Positions 1-10,608 of a stretch of DNA of 64,000 nt are shown here, in pieces. The notes under the pieces were generated by a model, which saw only the letters and a list, made by a program, of their open reading frames with translations, searched no databases and was not told the origin of the DNA. The DNA lies in the NCBI GenBank assembly GCA_902785275.1, contig CACZYB010000003.1, positions 98,602 to 162,601 on the forward strand. The letters are read 5' to 3'. Position numbers and translations under genes: made by a program. Origin of the DNA: an uncultured Pseudomonadota bacterium. Lineage in GTDB: Bacteria; Pseudomonadota; Alphaproteobacteria; Rs-D84; CACZYB01. Within the stretch, counting starts at the first letter, position 1; each line of letters begins with the position of its first letter.

Positions 1-677
1 CAAAGATTTGTTTTTGAATTCATAAAATCAAAAAATGAAATAGGTTTGAAAACAATTTTTGATTTAAACTGGGAAATAAAGTTTTCCAACTTTGGATTAT
101 TGGAATAATCACTTGGCATAATAATTTCAGCCGGATTTTTTACAACAACTAATGATAAAAGTTCTGAAATTACATTTTCTTCGAATGAATAAATTGTAAA
201 TTCACCAGTAGATATATCAGTTAATGCAACCGAAATCTTTGGATTTAAACCATCAACGAAATACAAAGACATAAGATAGTTATTAAATGAACCGTTTAAT
301 AAATTATCTTCGGTCAAAGTTCCGGCAGTAATAATACGAGAAACTTCACGTTTTACAACAGCCTTGTATCCACGTTTTTTTGCTTCTTCCGGACTTTCCA
401 TTTGGTCACAAATGGCAACCTTGAAACCCTGACGAACAAGCTTTGGCATATAGGAAGAAAATGCATGATATGGAACACCACACATTGGAACCTGACGTCC
501 CATATATGTACCACGATGGGTAAGTGCAATATCCAAAGCCTTTGAAGCAACAACTGCATCATCGAAAAATAATTCGTAAAAATCACCCATACGATACATA
601 AGCAAGCAATCTTGATGCTGTGCCTTTACAGCTAAATATTGCTGCATCATAGGTGTTGCTTTTCCTAAATCTTCCAT
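1..677 (-). CDS. mutS: DNA mismatch repair protein MutS (5' part; runs off the window start)
   Basis: Manual translation from ATG 677 gives MEDLGKATPMMQQYLAVKAQHQDCLLMYRMGDFYELFFDDA...VPMCGVPYH...VKREVSRIITAGT, the canonical MutS domain I. Absent from the ORF track because it is truncated. Confidence 0.96.
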   Translation of the reverse strand, partial: MEDLGKATPMMQQYLAVKAQHQDCLLMYRMGDFYELFFDDAVVASKALDIALTHRGTYMGRQVPMCGVPYHAFSSYMPKLVRQGFKVAICDQMESPEEAKKRGYKAVVKREVSRIITAGTLTEDNLLNGSFNNYLMSLYFVDGLNPKISVALTDISTGEFTIYSFEENVISELLSLVVVKNPAEIIMPSDYSNNPKLENFISQFKSKIVFKPISFFDFMNSKTNL

Positions 678-690
678 TTTATACCTTTAA

Positions 691-825
691 TTATTTTTGT
701 TCTGGTTTCAAATCTTCGGGAATAATCAATGGATTATTTTCTGGAAGATATTCGTTGTAACGACATCTGCAACCACATCCAGAAACAACAAAACAAGTAA
801 ATAAAACTATTAAATATTTAAACAT
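691..825 (-). CDS. small putative lipoprotein, 44 aa (not in ORF track)
   Basis: AAGGAG RBS at 831-836 and ATG at 825. Translation MFKYLIVLFTCFVVSGCGCRCRYNEYLPENNPLIIPEDLKPEQK has lipobox VSG-C. It fills the gap between the AI-2E gene and mutS. Confidence 0.7.
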   Translation of the reverse strand: MFKYLIVLFTCFVVSGCGCRCRYNEYLPENNPLIIPEDLKPEQK

Positions 826-838
826 AATTTCTCCTTAA

Positions 839-1882
839 TTAAAAAGTTGCACCATCTTCGGTAAGAAGCATTGCAAACTTCTTGGTTGATGGAAATTGTA
901 ATAAAATAATTGTTAAAATAATCATTATTGGAACACACAAAAACATTCCAACTACACCCCAAATGCTTCCCCAAATAACAAGGGAAAGTATTAAAACAAG
1001 AGGACTTAAATTCAAACGTTTTCCCATAATCTTTGGATCGATAATATTTCCGATAAGTAACTGGATTGAAATAATACCGACTGTTACAATAGATATTGGA
1101 AGTATGTCTCCATTAAACTGTAATACTGCAAACAAAATTGGAAATGCAGAGGATACAATAGAACCAATGGTTGGGATAAAGTTTAAAAGGAATATTAAGA
1201 TTGCCCAAAATGTTGCAAAATCAAGATTTACTGATTTCATTATTATAAACGCAAGGACACCTGTTAAAAGACTGGTAAACATTTTAACAGAAACATAAAC
1301 TTCGATTTTAGAGTAAACCTTTTCAAACAAAGCCTTTGTTTCCTTTTCACTTTTTTTAGATGAGAAAAATTGAGGAATCTTTTTTGAAAAACTTTTTTCT
1401 TCGAGAAGGATAAACAAAAGGTAAATAAACACCATTACCGATGAACGAACAAAGCTTGCCACGCCCTGAAACACAAGGTTAAGGACACTTGGGATATCGA
1501 TTTCCTTTATCGCATTTGCGAATGTAATTTTATGTTTGATACCAAGATAGTTTTGAAGTTTTTCGAAAATACCACCCATGTTTTTTTGGTAATGACCGAA
1601 TGTTTCGGAAACCTCATTAATATTTGATTTTATACCAATAACGATAAAGTATATTACACATGCAAGAGTAATTATTGCAAAAATTCTTGCAAAGTACCAA
1701 CTCCAACTTGGCAAGCGTAACTTTTCAATAAAAAACTTTGCATAATTTGTTGTAAGTATGTAAATAAGACACCACAAAAAAAGTGCAACAATAAATGGAA
1801 GAAATATAGACTGTCCGACCTTTAGAATATACAATGCAAGAAATAAAACTATTAAATTTAGAGCTTTTGATTTTTCGAACAT
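839..1882 (-). CDS. AI-2E (PerM/YhhT) family transporter
   Basis: Multi-TM, 347 aa; LNFIPTIGS, GNIIDPKIMG..LNLSP and WGxIWGVVGMFLCVP motifs. Confidence 0.9.
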   Translation of the reverse strand: MFEKSKALNLIVLFLALYILKVGQSIFLPFIVALFLWCLIYILTTNYAKFFIEKLRLPSWSWYFARIFAIITLACVIYFIVIGIKSNINEVSETFGHYQKNMGGIFEKLQNYLGIKHKITFANAIKEIDIPSVLNLVFQGVASFVRSSVMVFIYLLFILLEEKSFSKKIPQFFSSKKSEKETKALFEKVYSKIEVYVSVKMFTSLLTGVLAFIIMKSVNLDFATFWAILIFLLNFIPTIGSIVSSAFPILFAVLQFNGDILPISIVTVGIISIQLLIGNIIDPKIMGKRLNLSPLVLILSLVIWGSIWGVVGMFLCVPIMIILTIILLQFPSTKKFAMLLTEDGATF

Positions 1883-1949
1883 TTTCTTCTCCTTAAATAA
1901 AATAATTATAATAAAAGAATATTAGCATATAAAAAATTTTTTACAATAA

Positions 1950-1976
1950 AAAAGGGAGCAAATTTTACTCCCTTTT
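1950..1976. terminator. intrinsic terminator hairpin
   Basis: aaaagggag...ctccctttt inverted repeat downstream of the 2003-2767 gene. Confidence 0.7.
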
Positions 1977-2002
1977 AATACGATTATTACAAATTCATCC
2001 TT

Positions 2003-2767
2003 TTATTTTGGTGAATGCATTGCGATTTGCAACATAGTAATAAGGTATGCAGAATATATTGTTATAACGAAAAGATTATAACCAACAAATGACAATACCT
2101 TTAGTATATTTGAATAATATCTTCTGAACCATTTAACATTGATAAAGAATATTTGAAGAATATTGAATAACACAATACCCAAAATAAACCAAAGAACATT
2201 GTTTATATCAGAACCAGCAAATACATTCTTATTCATAAATAAGTATGGAATAACTGCTAATACACCGATGATAAGGATGAACAAAATTCTTGTGAAAAGA
2301 TTTTTATCAAAGAAATAACCAATCTTTTTAAATCTATCAAAATGATTTTTGTATGAAGAATCATTTGGAAAATCACGTTCTGTCCTTAAGAAACAGAAGA
2401 ATGGTTTGAAAAGGATTGTTCCAACAATAGAATAAAAACCACTTATTCCTAGAGAATGTGCTCTTTTATATCCAAGCGCAATCACAATCCAAAGGATAAA
2501 CAAATTGATAATACCGAAAATTGTATTAAAAACTTGACTGTTTTCAACTGGAACATTTACTGAAATAATATCCAAGATGAATGATAAAACTGTGAAAAAC
2601 AAACTAAAACCAATAAAAAGGTTTTTTGAAATTCTTCCTTCGAAAGAAAATAAAAAGTTTAACAAACCATGTCTTTTACCACCGTTTCCTGTATGGTTAG
2701 AATATCTTCTATGAGCTTGCCCCTTATTATTATATCTTTTTCTATAATTATTTTTTGTTTCGACCAT
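2003..2767 (-). CDS. DUF805-like membrane protein with basic N-terminal tail
   Basis: FSFEGRI...KRAHSLGISG resembles the DUF805 (YhaH) FxGRxxR...RxHDxGxSG pattern; about 6 TM segments; AGGAG RBS. Confidence 0.65.
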   Translation of the reverse strand: MVETKNNYRKRYNNKGQAHRRYSNHTGNGGKRHGLLNFLFSFEGRISKNLFIGFSLFFTVLSFILDIISVNVPVENSQVFNTIFGIINLFILWIVIALGYKRAHSLGISGFYSIVGTILFKPFFCFLRTERDFPNDSSYKNHFDRFKKIGYFFDKNLFTRILFILIIGVLAVIPYLFMNKNVFAGSDINNVLWFILGIVLFNILQIFFINVKWFRRYYSNILKVLSFVGYNLFVITIYSAYLITMLQIAMHSPK

Positions 2768-2860
2768 AATAATTTCTCCTTAAAAGTTGTTAGTCGTTTA
2801 AAGTTTATACCAAATTAAAAAAAATTTCTACTAAAATAAATTCTTACTTTGATAAAAATA

Positions 2861-3136
2861 TTATAAATACTTTTGAAAATTATCAAATTTCAAAATGTTA
2901 CGATTTTTAGTTACAAGACAAATCATATATATGTATATATTTTCATCAGTAAGATTTTTTGTATTCATTATCCATGAAAGTTTATCTGGGTTAAGCTTTC
3001 TTAGGTTTTGCCATTTCGCAAAACGTGCATTGGTGAGTACAGATGCCTCACTTTCAGAAAAACCGTCTTTTATTAATAATGAAATATATTGATTACGTAG
3101 ATTTTGAATATTCGGGTTCGGTTCGGGGTTATCCAT
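2861..3136 (-). CDS. hypothetical protein
   Basis: Open frame from ATG 3136 (MDNPEPNP...) with AAAGG upstream; no recognisable motif. Confidence 0.4.
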   Translation of the reverse strand: MDNPEPNPNIQNLRNQYISLLIKDGFSESEASVLTNARFAKWQNLRKLNPDKLSWIMNTKNLTDENIYIYMICLVTKNRNILKFDNFQKYL

Positions 3137-3237
3137 AAAAATTTTACCTTTCAATTACCTTTAAATCTAAATCTTTCTTGATTTAAAAACAATTTCATTA
3201 TAAAGTATAGCAAAAATAAAAGCAATAGGAAAAAAAT

Positions 3238-4347
3238 ATGGGATTTAAATGTGGTATTGTTGGACTTCCAAACGTTGGAAAATCAACTTTGTTTAATGCG
3301 TTAACTCAAACTATACAGGCAGAATGTGCGAACTATCCGTTCTGTACTATTGAACCAAATTCTGGAATTGTTTCTGTTCCAGATGATAGACTTTTGAAAC
3401 TTGCAGAAGTAGCAAAATCAAAGGAAATACTTCCAACAAAATTGGAATTTGTTGATATTGCCGGACTTGTAAAAGGGGCAAGTAAAGGTGAAGGTTTGGG
3501 AAATCAATTCCTTGCAAATATTCGTGAAGTTGATGCGATTATTCATGTTGTTCGTTGCTTTGACGATGGAAATATTATTCACGTTGAAAACTCGGTTGAC
3601 CCAATACGTGATATTGAAACAATAAATACTGAACTTTTACTTTCTGATTTGGAAAGCTTGCAAAAGCGTGTTGTATTAACAGATAAAAAAGCAAAAAGTG
3701 GCGATAAAGAAGCAAAAATTCAATCAGAAGTTATGCATGCTGTAATTGAAAAGTTGGAGGCAGGACTTCCTGCATCAAAGGCAAGACCTGATGAAAAAGA
3801 TCCTGAACATCTTCGTGCATTCAGAATACTTCATTTGCTTACTGCAAAACCTGTACTTTATGTATGCAATGTTGATGAAAACTCTGCAGCAAGTGGAAAT
3901 GATTATTCGAAAAAAGTTGAAGAATATGCAAAGTCAGAAGGCAATACATCAACAATAATTTCTGCAAAGATTGAGCAAGAAATTGCATCACTTGAAAGCA
4001 AAGAAGAAAAGCAAGAATTTTTGGAAACATTGGGTATTTCAGAAACTGGACTTTCTAAAATTATTAAGGAAGGATACAAACTTTTGAACCTTATCACATT
4101 CTTTACCATTGGTCCAAAAGAAGCTCATGCATGGACAGTAAGGGGTGGAGCAAAGGCTCCGGAAGCAGCAGGTGTTATACACACAGATTTCCAGAAAGGT
4201 TTCATTCGTGCCGAAGCAATTTCAACCGAAGACTTTATAAAATTTGGTGGTGAAGTTGGAGCACGTGAAAATGGAAAACTTAGAACCGAAGGAAAAGAAT
4301 ATACCGTTCAAGATGGTGATATTTTTCACTTCCTTTTCAATGTATAA
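3238..4347 (+). CDS. ychF: redox-regulated ATPase YchF
   Basis: GIVGLPNVGKSTLFN, NYPFCTIEPN, DIAGLV and a C-terminal TGS domain. Confidence 0.98.
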   Translation: MGFKCGIVGLPNVGKSTLFNALTQTIQAECANYPFCTIEPNSGIVSVPDDRLLKLAEVAKSKEILPTKLEFVDIAGLVKGASKGEGLGNQFLANIREVDAIIHVVRCFDDGNIIHVENSVDPIRDIETINTELLLSDLESLQKRVVLTDKKAKSGDKEAKIQSEVMHAVIEKLEAGLPASKARPDEKDPEHLRAFRILHLLTAKPVLYVCNVDENSAASGNDYSKKVEEYAKSEGNTSTIISAKIEQEIASLESKEEKQEFLETLGISETGLSKIIKEGYKLLNLITFFTIGPKEAHAWTVRGGAKAPEAAGVIHTDFQKGFIRAEAISTEDFIKFGGEVGARENGKLRTEGKEYTVQDGDIFHFLFNV

Positions 4348-4372
4348 GACTAAAAGAAACTTTTAAATCTAT

Positions 4373-4407
4373 AAAAAATAATCCCACTTAAGCGGGGTTA
4401 TTTTTTT
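4373..4407. terminator. bidirectional terminator (ychF/murJ)
   Basis: aaaaaataatccc...ggggttattttttt between convergent genes. Confidence 0.65.
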
Positions 4408-5948
4408 ATCATATTTTTTAATTCAGAAATTGAAACAGTTCGTGTTATGATTATTCCTGCGATATAAAATACTACACCAATAATCATCAAAAGACCCAAT
4501 GCCAAAAGTCTTAATGGTAAGGAATAAACACTTATATCCGCCATCAAACCCCATACACCGAACCTTACGATAAGTGACATTAAAATACTTATGCCTGTGA
4601 TTTTTAAAATGTCCCTTATTATCTCACGGTACATAACCATAAAACCTTTTTTATAACTTATGAAATAAAGTAAAATACAGTTTATCCAATTGGAAATTGT
4701 TATTGCAATTACTATACCATTATAGCCATAGATTTTATTGAAATACATTGTGAAAATGACATTGAAAATCAATGTTACACCAGCCACAAACATAGGTGTT
4801 TTTGTATCATTCCTTGCATAAAATATATTTGAAAAAAGCTTTGTATAAACAAGAGCAGGAAGAGAAACACATAGTATTTGTAAAATATTTGCAGTTGCAA
4901 AAGTATCGGATGCCTTAAATTCTCCCCTTTCGAAAAAGATTTGAATTATTGGATAACTTAAGGCAATAATACCAAATGCAGATGGAATAACAAGAAGGCT
5001 TGCAAACTTCATGGAATTATTAAAAATTGCCTTAGTTTTATTCAAATTACGTTTTTTTATTTCCTTTGAAAGACTTGGCAATAAAACCGTAGCAAGTGCA
5101 ATACCAATAACGCCAAGTGGAAGTTGATTCAATCTGTCGGCATAGTAAATCCAAGAAACAGCACCGTTTGTTTGGGATGCGAAAATACTTCCTATCATAA
5201 CATTAAGGTGGTAAATTCCGGCACCAAGGATACCTGGCATAATCTTTTTAAAAAACATACCAATTTCTGGGGTAAACTTTGGTTTAAAAGAAATAAGTCC
5301 AAAGCCATACTTTTTTGCAATCCACCACAAAAGTACAAGCTGGATTATTCCGGAGACGGCAACACCCCATGATACAGTATGAGCAACAGTTGGAAATGTG
5401 TTTGCAAAAAACACTAATGAAAATATCATACTTAAATTAAGTATTATTGGAGTTAGAGCATATGGTGTAAATTTGCCAAGTGTATTTAAAATACTTCCAA
5501 AAAATGATGTAAGTGCGATGCAAAATAAAAATGGAAATGTTATGTGGGCAAGACTTATTGCCAATGAAAACTTTTCAGAATTTTCTTTGAACCCTGGGGC
5601 AAAGACATCAACAACAAATGGCATAAAGATTTCGGCGATAAGGGTAAAAATCAAAAGTATATAGAATAAAAATGCGAACAAGTTTTTACAAAATACCATT
5701 GCCTTCTCTTCGGACTTTTCATACAAAACTCCAGAAAATATTGGGACAAAAGCCGAGTTAAAAGCACCTTCGGCAAAAATACTTCGAAATAGGTTTGGTA
5801 TTTTAAATGCGACCAAAAAACAATCAGAAAATTTACCGGCACCGAGATACTTTGCCACAAAAAAATCACGAAAAAGACCGCTTATTCGGCTTATTAAAGT
5901 AATAATGCCTACAAGTATGGTGTTTTTGAATAGTCCTTTATTTATCAT
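4398..5948 (-). CDS. murJ: lipid II flippase MurJ
   Basis: SRISGLFRD, FKIPNLFRSIFAEGAF, YYADRLNQLPLG; multi-TM. Confidence 0.97.
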   Translation of the reverse strand: MINKGLFKNTILVGIITLISRISGLFRDFFVAKYLGAGKFSDCFLVAFKIPNLFRSIFAEGAFNSAFVPIFSGVLYEKSEEKAMVFCKNLFAFLFYILLIFTLIAEIFMPFVVDVFAPGFKENSEKFSLAISLAHITFPFLFCIALTSFFGSILNTLGKFTPYALTPIILNLSMIFSLVFFANTFPTVAHTVSWGVAVSGIIQLVLLWWIAKKYGFGLISFKPKFTPEIGMFFKKIMPGILGAGIYHLNVMIGSIFASQTNGAVSWIYYADRLNQLPLGVIGIALATVLLPSLSKEIKKRNLNKTKAIFNNSMKFASLLVIPSAFGIIALSYPIIQIFFERGEFKASDTFATANILQILCVSLPALVYTKLFSNIFYARNDTKTPMFVAGVTLIFNVIFTMYFNKIYGYNGIVIAITISNWINCILLYFISYKKGFMVMYREIIRDILKITGISILMSLIVRFGVWGLMADISVYSLPLRLLALGLLMIIGVVFYIAGIIITRTVSISELKNMIKK

Positions 5949-6023
5949 AAAAAAATCCTTTATTTATTATAAGTTATCATATAATATATCAAAAATATAG
6001 GCAATACAAAAAAGAGAGAAAAT

Positions 6024-6761
6024 ATGAAAAAGTTTTTTATTGTTTTTTTAATGGCAATTCTTTCAGCTTGTGCTGGGGATGGAAATTTTAATTATGAATC
6101 AAAAACTGATAATGAAATTTATGATGAAGGTTTACGCCAACTTAAAAAAGAAAATGTAATTTCTGCGACCGAAGCATTTAAACAAGTAGAATACAATCAC
6201 CCATATTCACCTTTGGTTGCAAAGTCATGGATTATGGCCGGATATGCTTATTATACAGATAAAAAATATATGGATGCAATTGAACAATTTGAAAGATTGC
6301 TTAACTTACAACCAAATCATCCACAGGCTGATTATGCAATGTATATGATTGCAATGTCATATTATGATCAGGTTTCACCTGTTACACGTGATCAAAAGAT
6401 GACTGAACTTGCTTTGTTAAAAATGGAAGATTTAGTAAAAAAGTATCCAGATTCAAAATACAGTAATGATGTAAAACCAAAAATAATAATTGCGAAAAAT
6501 AATTTAGCATCAAAGGAAATGTATATTGCCTCTTCTTTAATGAAAAGAAAAAATATTATTGGAGCACTTAACAGATACCAGACTGTTATTAAAAAATATG
6601 AAACAACTTTGTTCGTTCCAGAAGCATTATTCAGAACTGTGGAAATTTACAATATGATGGGACAAAAGGATGAAGTTAAAAATATGACAAGACTTTTGGA
6701 AGTAAATTATCCAAACACAAAGTGGTATGAAATGGCAAAAGAAATTGCCAAATCTATTTAA
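6024..6761 (+). CDS. bamD: outer membrane assembly lipoprotein BamD
   Basis: Lipobox LSAC, HPYSP, RDQ, YPDSKY and EAL(F)R TPR motifs. Confidence 0.93.
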   Translation: MKKFFIVFLMAILSACAGDGNFNYESKTDNEIYDEGLRQLKKENVISATEAFKQVEYNHPYSPLVAKSWIMAGYAYYTDKKYMDAIEQFERLLNLQPNHPQADYAMYMIAMSYYDQVSPVTRDQKMTELALLKMEDLVKKYPDSKYSNDVKPKIIIAKNNLASKEMYIASSLMKRKNIIGALNRYQTVIKKYETTLFVPEALFRTVEIYNMMGQKDEVKNMTRLLEVNYPNTKWYEMAKEIAKSI

Positions 6762-7530
6762 TATCTAATTGAAATAGGCGTTTGAAATTTTCACTGGAAA
6801 TATTTGATATTTCATCAAATGTTTTTCCTGTGATTTCAGCTAACTTTTTTGCAGTTTCCACAACAAATGCTGGTTCGTTTGTTTTTCCACGAAATGGCAC
6901 AGGTGCAAGAAATGGACTGTCTGTTTCAACAAGAAGTCTGTCGTACGGAATTGTTGAAAAAACTCCCCTTAAATCAGCGGCATTTTTAAATGTTATAATT
7001 CCAGATGCAGAGATATAAAATCCCATCCCAAGCATTACATCCGCCATTTCCTTTGTCGCAGTGAAACAGTGGATAATTGCCTTGAATGATTGCTTTTTAA
7101 ACTTGGATGAAAGTATATCAATCATATCATCATTCGAATCGCGATTATGTATTATCAAAGGAAGACCTGTTTGTTGAGCAACTTCTATGTGATTAAGAAG
7201 ATTTTCTATTTGTAAATCACGATTAAAATTTTCACCGGAATAGTCCAATCCTGTTTCACCAATAGCAATAATTTTTTTGCTTTTTGAAATAAATTTTAAA
7301 AGGTCCTGTTTGGAAACTTTACCTTCACGCTCTGCTTCCTCTGGATGTTGACCAATGGCACCAAAAACACAATCGTATTTTTCAACTATATCAATTATTT
7401 TTTCAAAGCAAACCCTTGCTGAACAAGCATTAAGCATATATTTTACACCTACAGAATTTGCATTTTCCACAATAGTATCACGTAGAGAATCGTCAAACAT
7501 ATCAAGATGACAATGACTATCAATAAGCAT
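6754..7530 (-). CDS. tatD: TatD family DNase
   Basis: DSHCH, GETGLDY, IIHNR, HCFT and ETDSPFLAP motifs. Confidence 0.93.
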   Translation of the reverse strand: MLIDSHCHLDMFDDSLRDTIVENANSVGVKYMLNACSARVCFEKIIDIVEKYDCVFGAIGQHPEEAEREGKVSKQDLLKFISKSKKIIAIGETGLDYSGENFNRDLQIENLLNHIEVAQQTGLPLIIHNRDSNDDMIDILSSKFKKQSFKAIIHCFTATKEMADVMLGMGFYISASGIITFKNAADLRGVFSTIPYDRLLVETDSPFLAPVPFRGKTNEPAFVVETAKKLAEITGKTFDEISNISSENFKRLFQLDIK

Positions 7531-8791
7531 TTTTTAACCTTTCAAAACTGGAAATTATAACCGCCATATAATCAAGATTTAGGCTTTGGGTTAAATCGAA
7601 ACACGATAAAAGTTGTTCCCTAACCTTAAATATTTTATCTGGATTGGTGAAATATTTTGCACACAATTTTGTTGTTCGCTCCTCTATATCAGAGGCAAAT
7701 GTTACACTAAGATTTGAATTAAGTCGCAAAATATTGTTAAGCAATGTTATACAGATATCCTTGAAAATATTAAGCTTTATTTCGGAATTTCCGACAAGCG
7801 TTACAATATCCAAAACCGCCCTATTCTTCTTTGATAAAATATCAGGCAAAGAAGTATAAAACATATTAGAAATTTCGATACCGTTATTGTTATAAAAATC
7901 AAGTGCAGTTCCAATACTTCCGTGGGAAAGGCTTATTAATTTTTTTACATCTTCGTCAGAAATATTTTCTATATATTCGTGCAAAAGAACAGTCATATTT
8001 TCATCGGATAATGGATGAAGTTTTAAAACACGGCAACGAGATTTTATTGTATCAAGCAAACCTTCGTAATTATTACAAATCAAGATAAGAAGAGATTTGT
8101 TTGGGGCTTCCTCCAAAATCTTTAGAAGGGCATTACTACTGTTTGGATTCATATCGTCGACACTGTCAATCAGTGCGATTTTATAACCACCTTCGGATGA
8201 AGTTTTTGAAAAAAACTCCTTTAACGAACGGATTTGTTCAACGGAAATTTCTGATTTAAGTTTTGTTTTTGACGCATCAGAATATTCACGTTCAACAATT
8301 TTCAAATCTGTTAAACCGCCAGCAAGCAACCTTTCAAATATTGGATTTTTAGGGGATAATTTTATTGGGGAATTATCCAACGACTGTAAAACAGAAGCTT
8401 TATTTAAGTCTTTTTTTTCTGAATTTTCTGGAACAATTAAATCAGATGATGAAAATGAAAAATTATCATCCGAATCGTCATCATCTTCTTCATCATAATC
8501 AAATGAAACAGAAGATTCAGCAACCTTATTCACATCAAGATTTGTATCTAATGATAAATTAGAAATTAAATCCTGATTATTAAGTGAAAAAATATATCTT
8601 ATAATACGATAGGCAAGGGTTGCCTTTCCAATACCACGTGGACCAGTGATAAGCCAAGAATGATGAAATTGACCACTTTTAAAAGAATCAAAAAACTCTT
8701 GCTCAGATACAGAATGACCTATTAAAAACGGAGATGAAATAGGCTTTCTTAAATCTGTATTTAAAATATTTGTTTCTTGATTCTGAGGCAT
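7520..8791 (-). CDS. holB: DNA polymerase III delta' subunit
   Basis: HHSWLITGPRGIGKATLA, ISVEQIR, NALLKILEE and TIKSRC; follows tmk. Confidence 0.92.
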   Translation of the reverse strand: MPQNQETNILNTDLRKPISSPFLIGHSVSEQEFFDSFKSGQFHHSWLITGPRGIGKATLAYRIIRYIFSLNNQDLISNLSLDTNLDVNKVAESSVSFDYDEEDDDDSDDNFSFSSSDLIVPENSEKKDLNKASVLQSLDNSPIKLSPKNPIFERLLAGGLTDLKIVEREYSDASKTKLKSEISVEQIRSLKEFFSKTSSEGGYKIALIDSVDDMNPNSSNALLKILEEAPNKSLLILICNNYEGLLDTIKSRCRVLKLHPLSDENMTVLLHEYIENISDEDVKKLISLSHGSIGTALDFYNNNGIEISNMFYTSLPDILSKKNRAVLDIVTLVGNSEIKLNIFKDICITLLNNILRLNSNLSVTFASDIEERTTKLCAKYFTNPDKIFKVREQLLSCFDLTQSLNLDYMAVIISSFERLKNAY

Positions 8792-9406
8792 TTATAAACC
8801 CAACTTTTCATTTATAATTTTCATAATACGGTTTGTTATTTCAGGGATTTCACCAACCGAATCCATAAGTACGCAACGTTTTTTATCAAACTTTGCACAT
8901 TCACGAAAACCTTGAAGTCCCTTTGATAACCATTCATTACCCATATTTTCGAATCTATTCATTTCAGTAAGGTTACCGTGTGATTTTTTTGGATCGATGT
9001 CGAAAATTACGGTTAAATCTGGTTTGAAATTACCAATTGCAAGACTGTATAAATCCATCATCTTTTGTATGCCAAGGCCATGAGCATATCCTTGATAAGC
9101 AAAGGTTGTATCAACATATCTGTCGCACAAAACTATTTTACCATTATTAACTGCTGGCTTTATTACTTTTTCGACATGGTCAGCACGAACCGCAGTGAAA
9201 AGTAATGCTTCGGTCATAGGGGTCATTTTATCAACATCCCCCTTTAAAAGTATTTCACGAATCTTTTCACCCAATATTGTACCACCTGGTTCACGGGTTG
9301 CAATAACATCGTAACCTTTTTTTCTTAGTTCATCCGCAACAAGTTTAAGTTGTGTTGTTTTACCAACACCCTCTCCTCCTTCGAATGTAATAAAATATCC
9401 AGACAT
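8792..9406 (-). CDS. tmk: thymidylate kinase
   Basis: FITFEGGEGVGKTTQ, TREPGG, CDRY and AYQG. Confidence 0.97.
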   Translation of the reverse strand: MSGYFITFEGGEGVGKTTQLKLVADELRKKGYDVIATREPGGTILGEKIREILLKGDVDKMTPMTEALLFTAVRADHVEKVIKPAVNNGKIVLCDRYVDTTFAYQGYAHGLGIQKMMDLYSLAIGNFKPDLTVIFDIDPKKSHGNLTEMNRFENMGNEWLSKGLQGFRECAKFDKKRCVLMDSVGEIPEITNRIMKIINEKLGL

Positions 9407-9432
9407 TTTAATCTCCTTTGCCCTTTTATTTT

Positions 9433-10608
9433 TTAACTTACTATATTCAAAATAATTTGTTTTATGTTTTTGAAAATACGACTTATGAAATTAGTTGTTT
9501 CAACATTTTCAAGCGCAATAAGTTTAAAATCTTGAGTTTTATTACCATCAACGTAAAGTGTTAATACACCAACTTCGTCACCCTTTTTAACAGGAGCAGG
9601 TATAGGTGACTTAAATGTTGCACGTAACTCAACATTTGGTTCTTCGCCATTTTTATTAGTTACCAAAATTTTTTCTGTAACACCAGCAGAAACGGTAGCC
9701 TTATTTCCAAACCATACAGGAACTTCTAAAACTTTATCTTCTGGTTTGAAATAAACTAAATTTGAAAATTCACGGAAACCCCATTCAAGCAAACTTTTCG
9801 AATCTGTAAATCTGATGTAACTTGGGTTACCCCCCTTTATACCATTTACAACAGCGATAAGTCTTCTATCATTCTTTTTTGCAGAAGATGAAAGACCATA
9901 TCCACCCTTTGTTGTGTGGCCTGTTTTAAGACCATCAGATGATGGCATAATCCAAAGAAGCTTGTTTCTATTATCTTTGTTTCCTGTAAGTTTTTCTTTG
10001 TAAAGAAATTCTTTTTCACCGAAATAGTGATAATATTCTGGGAAATCCTGAATAATACGACGGGAAAGAATTGCCAAATCTTCAACAGACATTAAATGAT
10101 CCTTTTCATACCAACCGGATGCATTTACAAGAGTTGTTTTCTTAAGACCAAGGCGATATGCAAGATCGTTTAATTCATCAACAAATTTTGATTCACTTCC
10201 ACTGATATTTTCAGCCAAAACAATAGTTGCATCGTTACCACTGTTTACGATAATACCACGAATCAAATCTTCTACACGAACATGTTCACCATATTCCAAA
10301 AACATTGTTGAACCAGAATTTGCATTCATGCTTTTTGCCTTTTTCCATGCTTCTGGACCAACAACAAATTCTGTATCAAGGGAGTATTTACCACTTTTTA
10401 ATTTTTCAAAAACATAGTAAATTGTCATAAGTTTACTCATAGAAGATGGAGGAACAGCGACCCCAGAATTTCTTTCGAATAAAACTTTACCACTATCAAA
10501 ATCCATAAGAATTGCGTATGGTGCCTTTATATCTGGACCAACAGCTGATATCGCAGAAATATTAATAAAAAACGATAGCAAAACTAAAGTAAGTGATAAT
10601 TTTTTCAT
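9433..10608 (-). CDS. dacA: D-alanyl-D-alanine carboxypeptidase (PBP5/6)
   Basis: Signal peptide; SxxK (SMSK), SGN and KTG motifs; PBP5 C-terminal domain. Confidence 0.92.
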   Translation of the reverse strand: MKKLSLTLVLLSFFINISAISAVGPDIKAPYAILMDFDSGKVLFERNSGVAVPPSSMSKLMTIYYVFEKLKSGKYSLDTEFVVGPEAWKKAKSMNANSGSTMFLEYGEHVRVEDLIRGIIVNSGNDATIVLAENISGSESKFVDELNDLAYRLGLKKTTLVNASGWYEKDHLMSVEDLAILSRRIIQDFPEYYHYFGEKEFLYKEKLTGNKDNRNKLLWIMPSSDGLKTGHTTKGGYGLSSSAKKNDRRLIAVVNGIKGGNPSYIRFTDSKSLLEWGFREFSNLVYFKPEDKVLEVPVWFGNKATVSAGVTEKILVTNKNGEEPNVELRATFKSPIPAPVKKGDEVGVLTLYVDGNKTQDFKLIALENVETTNFISRIFKNIKQIILNIVS

